NCBI GenBank assembly: GCA_016840035.1
Contig: JAEOTC010000236.1
Location: 1-14,717 of the forward strand
Source of the DNA: Candidatus Hodarchaeota archaeon
GTDB lineage: Archaea > Asgardarchaeota > Heimdallarchaeia > Hodarchaeales > Hodarchaeaceae
Length of the DNA: 14,717 nt
Direction: 5' to 3'
Below, piece after piece: positions 10,201-14,717 of the stretch; position 1 is the first letter of the stretch; each line of letters starts with the position of its first letter. Both the position numbers and the translations under genes were made by a program. The notes beneath the pieces are model-generated. The model saw nothing but the letters and a program-made list of their open reading frames with translations. It had not been told where the DNA came from and did not search any database.

Positions 10201-13200
10201 AAGTTGTCCGAATCGGTATCGGGATTAGTTGCATTTAATCCATGGTAATATTCCTTTAAATTCGTTAATGCATCATTATCTTTATCCAGATCAGCATCGT
10301 CTAATGTGGCGTTCAATCCCATATTCACTTCCCATCCATCTGGCATTAAATCTGAATCAGTATCAGCACTATTTGCATTTGTACCCTCTCCATATTCCTG
10401 TAAATTCGATAAACCATCATTATCATAATCTAAGGAGGCATCTGTATCATCAACAGGAATTAAATTCATTTGATACTCCCATAAATTAGGTATCCCATCT
10501 GAATCTTCATCTAAATCTGCATCAATAGGATCAGTGGAATTAAATCCCATTACTTCTTCCCACCAATCTGGCATTCCATCTTGATCACTATCTTTTTCAA
10601 AAATAATTCTAGACGAGGATGAAACAAAACCATCTTGCCCTGTCCCAACTCGAGAATCATTTGTGTCTGTGATTGGGAAGTTTAATGACTTTGTTGAACC
10701 AACAAAAGCAAAATCATCCTTTTGGTTTACATCTATTGATTCCGCAGTATCACTACCATTTCCGCCAAAATACGAACCATATAAATACACACCATTTGGA
10801 TCAAGCAGAGAAAAAAATACATCAGTGGATCCGTTACGAGTTGGGTTCAGTGCATTCAATATTGGATAATCATTAGATCCTGTTTTTCCAGTCAGTAAAA
10901 TGTTATCTTCAGACAATAGATCAACATCGTTTGCATAGTCATCACTTCCACCCCCAAGATACGTACTCCATGTCAATGAACCTTCAGTTGAGAACTGAGA
11001 AACGAAAACATCCCAACCTCCATGATCAGATGAATCATAGGCATTTAATGTAGGAAAATTTGTAGAGTATGTGGATCCTACGGTTACTATTCTACCTGTA
11101 GAATCAATCGAAATACCATATGAAAAATCATTGTGAGTTCCTCCCAGAAAAGTACTCCATACTAAGGATCCATTTAATAAGAATTTCGCAACGAACGAAT
11201 CTTGGCTTCCAACACGACTAGATATATAAGCATTCTTCGTTGGAAAATTATCAGAAGATGTATCCCCTGAAATTGCAATACTATCATTCTTGACATCTAA
11301 GCAAAAAGCTCTATCAGTAGTACTACCACCCATAAAAGTACTCCAATTTAAGGTACCATTGGAATGAAGCTTCATTAATACGACATCACCGAAGCCATTA
11401 TGAGTACTATCATACGCGTTTAAGATAGGGAAGTTTGTAGATTGTGTAGTACCTGTAATATAGATACTATCGTTTTCATCAACCTCTACATCATAACCTC
11501 TATCAGAGGAATCTCCTCCAAATAGCTCACTCCAAATTAGAGAACCGTTTTCATCAAATTTTGTCACAAAAATATCATCTAAACCATTATGCACTTGGTT
11601 AGAAGCAGGGAAACTTGTAACTTGACCTCCCCAGTACCATGTATATCCAGACACCACTATATTATTTTGGCTATCGACCGCTATTCCATAGCAATAATCC
11701 ATTTCACTTGCGCCTAAGTAAGTACTCCAAAGAAGTGAACCTGTAGAATTGAATTTCGCTATAAATCCATCATTCGCTCCATTATGAGTGGAATCCCAGG
11801 CATTCTTCGTTGGAAAATCATTTGAATATGTGCTTCCTGCCAAAATAACATTTCCTAAATGATCAAAAACAACACTTCTTGCATCAGAATACGCCGAGCT
11901 ATCTAGTACCATACTAAATAGTAGTTCTGTGGTTTTCTCTGTAACCATAGTTAGATTAAATGAAAAAAGAATTGCATCTGTTGTACCTAAAAGAGTATCA
12001 TTACTGTTTACTATTGGAAAATTCGCCGAACCAGTATATCCTGAAATTACCACGTTGTTTAAATTATCTACGTCAACACCCCAACCTTGGTCAAAACTAC
12101 TCCCTCCAAAAAAAGAACTAAACAGTAACGAGCCATTTGATGAAAAAGATGTAATATATGCTTCGGAACTCCCCTTTTTTGTTTCAAAAAGGGGATTTAA
12201 TACAGGAAAGTTTGTAGAAGAAGTGGTACCAGTAAGAACAACATTACCAAGCATATTTATGTCCATACTATATCCCCAGTCAAGAGCGCTACCTCCAATG
12301 TATGTACTCCATACTAAAGCACCACTAGATGAGAATTTAGTTAAAAAAGTATCACCTTGCCCATTATATGTCGAATCATAAGCATTTATAGTTGGATAAT
12401 CAGCTGAGTTTGTATCTCCAGTAATATAGACATTATTTAAAAAATCAAAACAGACAGCTTTTCCATAATCTGAATCATTTCCTCCCAAATAAGTGCTCCA
12501 TTTTAATATTCCTTCTGAGGAGAATTTAGAGATAAAAATATCAAACGGACCCCCATTATGACTTGAGTTATATGCGTTAAGTGTAGGAAAATTCGATGAA
12601 GCTGTATAACCCGTCGTTAAGATGTCACCTTGGTAATCTACAACAACTCCTTTTCCAAGATCATAATCACTGCCGCCATGATATGTACTCCACAGTAATG
12701 TTCCATTATGGGAAAATTTAGAGAGAAAAACATCTTCTTCTCCGCTATTGGTAGAATTATAGGCATTTAGAGTTGGAAAATCTAAAGAATCTGTGTAACC
12801 AGTTAAGATGATATTATTCTGCTTATCTGTATATATATCGTAAGAATAGTCAAGATCGCTTCCCCCAAAAAATGTACTCCATAATAGCATTCCATCTGAG
12901 GAGAATTTTGATAGAAAGATATCATAGACCCCATTAAAAGAGGAGTCATAGGCTGAAAGAGTAGGAAAATCTGAGGATCGTGTATAACCAGTTATTACAA
13001 CATTACTTTGATTGTCAAGGGCAATTGCTATCCCAATTTCATTCCCACTTCCGCCAAGGTATGTACTCCACTTTAAAGTTCCATTAGAAGAAAATTTGGA
13101 AAGAAAAATCTCCTCATTGCCATTTGAAGATGATTGATATGCATTAATGATTGGAAAGTCAAGAGATTTTGTTTCACCAGTCATGAAGATGTTCCTTTGG

Positions 13201-13541
13201 GTATCAACAACAACATCTTGCCCATAATCAAGATCATTCCCTCCTACATAACGACTAAAATTGACGAAAGAATCCCATGTAATATTCTCCGATTGTGTTT
13301 GGAGTCTAATTCTTGACTCATTGGATTTCAAAGTATCAGATTCGAGTGTTATGGTATCCAAAATTTCATTTTGATTGTTGTTTAACGTTGTTGAGCCAGA
13401 ATTGGAGCTGAGTGTTCTGATTGTGATTTTTTGGGCCTCAATTTGATGCGAAATCGTTGTAGAATGATCTAAAAATCCCAGTAAGAAGATCATTATCATT
13501 AGAAGACCATAAACATCTTTTTCCTTTCCTAATATTCTCAT
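4266..13541 (-). CDS. Giant (3091 aa) single-pass cell-surface protein: 2x SBBP beta-propeller, Ca-binding repeats, NosD-like beta-helix, Ig-like stalk, TM, cytoplasmic region with zinc ribbon
   Basis: Uninterrupted 9.3-kb ORF; start fixed by an in-frame TAA two codons upstream. N-terminal hydrophobic signal, WSTYLGG repeats, DxDxDG(M/L)xDxWE repeats, GWPGDG..PYII followed by GIxL/NNxxxNN beta-helix ending GNYW...DPYPL, WYNWD/YAND repeats, TM at about 5829-5889, CLQC...CPNC at 4326-4379. Confidence 0.93.
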   Translation of the reverse strand: MRILGKEKDVYGLLMIMIFLLGFLDHSTTISHQIEAQKITIRTLSSNSGSTTLNNNQNEILDTITLESDTLKSNESRIRLQTQSENITWDSFVNFSRYVGGNDLDYGQDVVVDTQRNIFMTGETKSLDFPIINAYQSSSNGNEEIFLSKFSSNGTLKWSTYLGGSGNEIGIAIALDNQSNVVITGYTRSSDFPTLSAYDSSFNGVYDIFLSKFSSDGMLLWSTFFGGSDLDYSYDIYTDKQNNIILTGYTDSLDFPTLNAYNSTNSGEEDVFLSKFSHNGTLLWSTYHGGSDYDLGKGVVVDYQGDILTTGYTASSNFPTLNAYNSSHNGGPFDIFISKFSSEGILKWSTYLGGNDSDYGKAVCFDFLNNVYITGDTNSADYPTINAYDSTYNGQGDTFLTKFSSSGALVWSTYIGGSALDWGYSMDINMLGNVVLTGTTSSTNFPVLNPLFETKKGSSEAYITSFSSNGSLLFSSFFGGSSFDQGWGVDVDNLNNVVISGYTGSANFPIVNSNDTLLGTTDAILFSFNLTMVTEKTTELLFSMVLDSSAYSDARSVVFDHLGNVILAGSTYSNDFPTKNAWDSTHNGANDGFIAKFNSTGSLLWSTYLGASEMDYCYGIAVDSQNNIVVSGYTWYWGGQVTSFPASNQVHNGLDDIFVTKFDENGSLIWSELFGGDSSDRGYDVEVDENDSIYITGTTQSTNFPILNAYDSTHNGFGDVVLMKLHSNGTLNWSTFMGGSTTDRAFCLDVKNDSIAISGDTSSDNFPTKNAYISSRVGSQDSFVAKFLLNGSLVWSTFLGGTHNDFSYGISIDSTGRIVTVGSTYSTNFPTLNAYDSSDHGGWDVFVSQFSTEGSLTWSTYLGGGSDDYANDVDLLSEDNILLTGKTGSNDYPILNALNPTRNGSTDVFFSLLDPNGVYLYGSYFGGNGSDTAESIDVNQKDDFAFVGSTKSLNFPITDTNDSRVGTGQDGFVSSSSRIIFEKDSDQDGMPDWWEEVMGFNSTDPIDADLDEDSDGIPNLWEYQMNLIPVDDTDASLDYDNDGLSNLQEYGEGTNANSADTDSDLMPDGWEVNMGLNATLDDADLDKDNDALTNLKEYYHGLNATNPDTDSDNLTDGWEVSFGMNASKTHVPHTPMVLNGNSDFIIRATNEGWPGDGNKSTPYIIDGFIFNNTAIAIEIRNTDLYFKISDCLFMNGGSGAIYFYNVLNSNITSNFLINNIGSGTGGINLESCINNTIHNNLCYNSSQIGIHLDSSSYNNRIANNTVNLSEVGIYIASYSEDNHIYQNRAFENMYGIRISLSDLNSVYNNTCFNSSLYGISIQQGDKNSVFNNSIFSSTDFGLYIGTGNGNTLENNSIHTSGDRGLYIYNSQHNLISHNIISDGLRGIYLSGVLTTNNTIWHNTIFNNSEYGFVATSQVTSPNLFYLNNVLSNTGQTIDYTGAIKYYVNGFGNYWGDAYSGDDLDADGIGDTAYNFYDNSDPYPLVSFITPSTHLLSKPQLINPTNPDFISGNLAIDWMNSSDTLDHNINYSVYYSPDDGFSWIILGSGLESSQFDWDTTTVDDGSNYRIMVIVNCSEDLSHNVTTNTFTIDNHHPSVTLQNVLNDTSIMIGLVELNITDITLDDVWYNWDGTVNQSLSFPWQVSTPAEENYHWLTIYANDTLGRLTVSKFRWWINKNPEITLLSPINNSVQPYGSILSFNISDNNIDETWFNWDDGINQSLSVDWNITLGISDGWHKLTVYANDTAGWLSYRSYYFYCEANYPIIIVQNVANDTTVPSDMVIQLNITDFSLNQTWYNWDGGANQTFSSPWDVTVPITEGYHILGVYANDSVGHETKERFRWWINYIPNITLLIPTNNSIQNFGSILSFNITDNNLDTAWYNWDDGINQSLGIDWNITLDILDGWHSLTVFANDSNGWISSKSYYFYCEADFPIIIVQNVANDTAVPSDMVIQLNITDFSLNQTWYNWNNGVNQTFSSPWELGVPATEGFHILRVYANDSAGHTTKEIFQWWINYIPDIALISPTNNSIQAFGNILSFNITDNNLAQTWYNWDNGVNQSFGVDWNITLDVSDGWHSLAIFANDSNGWLSINSYYFYCEADSPIISVQNVANDTTVPSDMVVQLNITDFTLNQTWYNWDNGPNQTLSSPWEIHVPSLEGYYTLFVYANDSVGHTTVKRFYWWINHVPSVTLILPINNSIQPFGSILHFNFSDNNLAQTWFMWDEGLNQSFVTGWDIPLDISDGWHVLTVYANDTDGWISHKVYYFYCEADSPIIMIQNGVNDTVVPQDMIIQFNITDFSLNRSYYAWDDGTDQSFNYPWNINLPSGEGYHYLTITAFDSYGHWITKVFRFYVNYSPRISLESPTNNSILLPAGVITFAINDLNLTSVQYHWDTQDNITLQEPFVIDAPTTPGYHSIVLIAVDMWGETASLMLRFYILDTDAFSSFVEVTSQPPSTAYEGESFVYSFTIYNPELVSLNLTLFAFGIDDEIVSGNGTNILVAPGESVSFELVIKPKHASLHQLAINLYQGSLLYYQEVLEFNVDIQLMSPTFWQPIVNIFLIIVGIMVLLGFGWVSKNALKYPWEKYRTQRRFKQEGVIELSKLESDMKSKDYLKLKSAIQPLGVVIDDKLISSDQISSKIKKQLVSEGLISISDLSLTVNLSESELIGIIREIPDLRLSAGNCVYSKSSLTKVCQETISGSQTSKDLLIANFRESFSEIEKMFETEFIKGLLAQKITKGLEGILTSFKAQFKVSDVIREKLDLWIDVIQTIDDYSQVEVQKYPVQLLTLIEETNGKFYPKVIAWNVLKLIKEDTSKFTDEQSLSFKEWMLNIKEGYFKLIMLSKNLSISLESTLREEIPQIAEELLLIPMNVIRRNFWRQIDNFPKSKTKIPSTYGIQGIQAARLGEIMSNFISILFPPAYSEFPIPYLHIFNEIIKAPQKISKAIFDTTGVNLHHHTYQFIIVQSLAQPKFKRDQFFEHNMKEYIKTYALIIRESAAVIANNSKGKVTAKVLLVNRVNSLMKQHNFQLPPEEINEALEKSGWNPAIRQLLIEKKNYCLQCTEILAEETTRCPNCEKMVTEIPDAISIDQIRMN
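6231..8759 (-). repeat. Intragenic tandem array of 5 two-domain (A+B) Ig-like units, 507-nt / 169-aa period
   Basis: Identical 20-mer gcttcacaatagaaatagta (YYFYCEA on the minus strand) at 6742, 7249, 7756 and 8263, each exactly 507 nt apart. A modules (NVANDT...FRWWIN) alternate with B modules (PTNNSIQ...YYFYCEA). Confidence 0.92.
9088..10148 (-). repeat. NosD-like right-handed parallel beta-helix domain within the giant protein
   Basis: Asn-rich turns such as GINLESCINNTIHNN, GIHLDSSSYNNRIANN, GIRISLSDLNSVYNN, bounded by GWPGDGNKSTPYII and GNYWGD...DGIGDTAY...DPYPL. Confidence 0.85.
10168..10592 (-). repeat. Six TSP3-like Asp-rich calcium-binding repeats within the giant protein
   Basis: DSDQDGMPDWWE, DEDSDGIPNLWE, DYDNDGLSNLQE, DTDSDLMPDGWE, DKDNDALTNLKE, DTDSDNLTDGWE. 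Confidence 0.85.
10612..11925 (-). repeat. Second SBBP beta-propeller block (7 repeats of about 63 aa)
   Basis: Repeats beginning FSMVLDS, WSTYLGA, WSELFGG, WSTFMGG, WSTFLGG, WSTYLGG, YGSYFGG, most with GxTxSxxFP and DxFxxK. Confidence 0.87.
11953..13270 (-). repeat. First SBBP beta-propeller block (7 repeats of about 63 aa)
   Basis: Repeats beginning FSRYVGG, WSTYLGG, WSTFFGG, WSTYHGG, WSTYLGG, WSTYIGG, FSSFFGG, with TGxTxSxDFPTxNAY and DIFLSKFS. Confidence 0.88.
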
Positions 13542-13693
13542 ATCTTACTCATTCCTATTCCAAATGGGGCAAATGGAAAACCTAACAAATTACGATGTAC
13601 AAAAACTTCTTGATTTTTCCAAAGATTTGATACACAATTAGCAAATTGTTCTTTCAAGAAGTCTGCAATAAATCTTCGATTTTCCTCAAACAT
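13538..13693 (-). CDS. Putative 51-aa small protein upstream of the giant gene (absent from the ORF track)
   Basis: Manual translation: MFEENRRFIADFLKEQFANCVSNLWKNQEVFVHRNLLGFPFAPFGIGMSKI*. ATG at 13693 is preceded by SD-like GAGGGTT-N4; the TGA stop overlaps the giant gene ATG (ATGA). Confidence 0.45.
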   Translation of the reverse strand: MFEENRRFIADFLKEQFANCVSNLWKNQEVFVHRNLLGFPFAPFGIGMSKI

Positions 13694-13754
13694 TCCAAAC
13701 CCTCAATGCTTCTGTGTGACATTAAAATTAATTTTCAATAGAAAAAACTTACTA

Positions 13755-13762
13755 GTATATAA
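13755..13762 (-). promoter_or_regulatory. Putative TATA box for the small ORF / giant gene transcript
   Basis: TTATATAC on the minus strand about 60 nt upstream of the small ORF ATG; AT-rich background limits certainty. Confidence 0.35.
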
Positions 13763-13794
13763 CTGTAAAGGTTGAATGAATTCGACAAAACTAG

Positions 13795-14136
13795 CTAATT
13801 AAATCCACATAATACCTTGTGAATTATTTCTCCACCTGCAACAGGTGGAAAAATTGCAACTATATCCTCATCCTTTAGCTGAGTTTCTATTCCGTTGAAA
13901 ATGCTCATATTTCGTCCGTTAATTAGAATTACAACCCAACTTCCCAATTGAAGATTCTCATCTAGTATCAACCCCTGTAACTTGGGAAATTCGCCTATAA
14001 TTCTACCCAAAAGGTTGGCAATAGTACCCCCACTAGCAATTGTGACTTTGATTTCACGTTTCTCTGTTACTTGTTTGAAAGCACCAAAAAATCTCGCTGT
14101 AACTTGAATTGAGCCCTTTTTATTTTCGGATGTCAG
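13795..14136 (-). CDS. moaD: MoaD/ThiS/SAMP-family ubiquitin-like sulfur carrier, probable CTG start, with 11-aa extension after GG
   Basis: Frame is open upstream of the track's start at 14010 (TSENKKGSIQVTARFFGAFKQVTEKREIKVTIASGGTIANLL), supplying the first beta-grasp strands. Core VILINGRN...ETQLKDEDIVAIFPPVAGG. In-frame TAA at 14149-14151; no ATG/GTG/TTG in the extension; CTG at 14136 follows GAGGGTT-N4. Symbol is family-level only. Confidence 0.88.
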   Translation of the reverse strand: MTSENKKGSIQVTARFFGAFKQVTEKREIKVTIASGGTIANLLGRIIGEFPKLQGLILDENLQLGSWVVILINGRNMSIFNGIETQLKDEDIVAIFPPVAGGEIIHKVLCGFN

Positions 14137-14157
14137 AAATAACCCTCTTTAACGTAG

Positions 14158-14717
14158 TTATTTGGATGAGGAATCGGTTTGAACTTCTTCTGCCTTGAGT
14201 TTTTTCTTATCCAGCTTCATAACCCTTGTTAAAGGGAGGGAATCTCGAATCTCAATGTGTTTAGGAATAGCATAGGGAGGGAGATTTTCTTGACAGAATT
14301 TTAGGATATCCTCAGATGATGTACTTTCCTTAAACTCGTCCTTTAATACAAGAAATGCTTTTACTCTTTCACTTCCTGGACGATCAGGATCAGGAATTCC
14401 AATAACTCCAGCTAATCTTACAGCAGGATGTGAATGGAGAGCATCATCAATAACACGTGAATAAACTTTCATTCCAGAAACGTTGATCATGTCCTTTATT
14501 CTATCAACCACCTTAAAATATCCATCTTCATCCATCACACCAATATCACCGGTTGCTAACCACTGATCATTTTGGAGACCTTTACCTTTTTCTGGCCAGT
14601 ATCCTAGCATAACTTGAGGTCCACGAATCCAAATTTCTCCTTCTTTACCAGGAGGAACCTCATCACCTGTTTCTGGATCAACAAGTTTTACATCAGTATC
14701 TGGAATCGGAACACCGA
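14158..14717 (-). CDS. Long-chain fatty-acid/acyl-CoA ligase (FadD-like AMP-binding enzyme), C-terminal part; 5' end beyond window
   Basis: Frame open to the window end: GVPIPDTDVKLVDPETG...GEIWIRGPQVMLGYW, WLATGDIGVMDEDGYFKVVDRIKDMINVSG, SHPAV, LPPYAIPKHIE, LPLTRVMKLDKK (catalytic Lys). Confidence 0.93.
   Translation of the reverse strand, partial: GVPIPDTDVKLVDPETGDEVPPGKEGEIWIRGPQVMLGYWPEKGKGLQNDQWLATGDIGVMDEDGYFKVVDRIKDMINVSGMKVYSRVIDDALHSHPAVRLAGVIGIPDPDRPGSERVKAFLVLKDEFKESTSSEDILKFCQENLPPYAIPKHIEIRDSLPLTRVMKLDKKKLKAEEVQTDSSSK

Noticed and set aside
4281-13316. Short ORFs inside the giant gene (4281, 4742, 7619, 10229, 10663, 10673, 11929, 13134), including the His-rich 10229-10489
   Set aside because: Antisense or off-frame shadows; the His richness mirrors Asp-rich repeat codons on the coding strand.
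13654-13722. 22-aa minus-strand ORF MSHRSIEGLECLRKIEDLLQTS
   Set aside because: Short, no SD and no coupling to a downstream gene; a leaderless uORF cannot be excluded but is unsupported.
13831-13849. 8-bp hairpin tccacctg-caa-caggtgga at the GG motif
   Set aside because: Explained by complementary Pro-Pro and Gly-Gly codons in PPVAGG; no evidence for recoding.

Overview
AT-rich archaeal-looking window, most consistent with an Asgard archaeon (Heimdallarchaeia/Hodarchaeales-like; inferred from protein architectures, TATA-type promoters and dense N-glycosylation sequons, not from a database hit). The + strand carries the 3' part of a form IV RuBisCO-like protein, an orphan ABC substrate-binding protein with an appended Ig-like domain and C-terminal anchor, and a small single-pass membrane protein with a cytoplasmic Pro/Tyr-rich tail and zinc ribbon. 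The - strand carries the 3' part of an acyl-CoA ligase, a MoaD/SAMP-type ubiquitin-like protein that appears to start at CTG and has its GG masked by an 11-aa extension, a 51-aa ORF missed by the ORF track that overlaps the next start (ATGA), and a 3091-aa receptor-like surface protein. That protein has two 7-repeat SBBP propellers, Ca-binding repeats, a beta-helix, a 10-domain Ig-like stalk with an exact 507-nt period, one TM helix, and a ~520-aa cytoplasmic region with winged-helix-like repeats and a zinc ribbon. No rRNA, tRNA, CRISPR array or mobile element was recognised.
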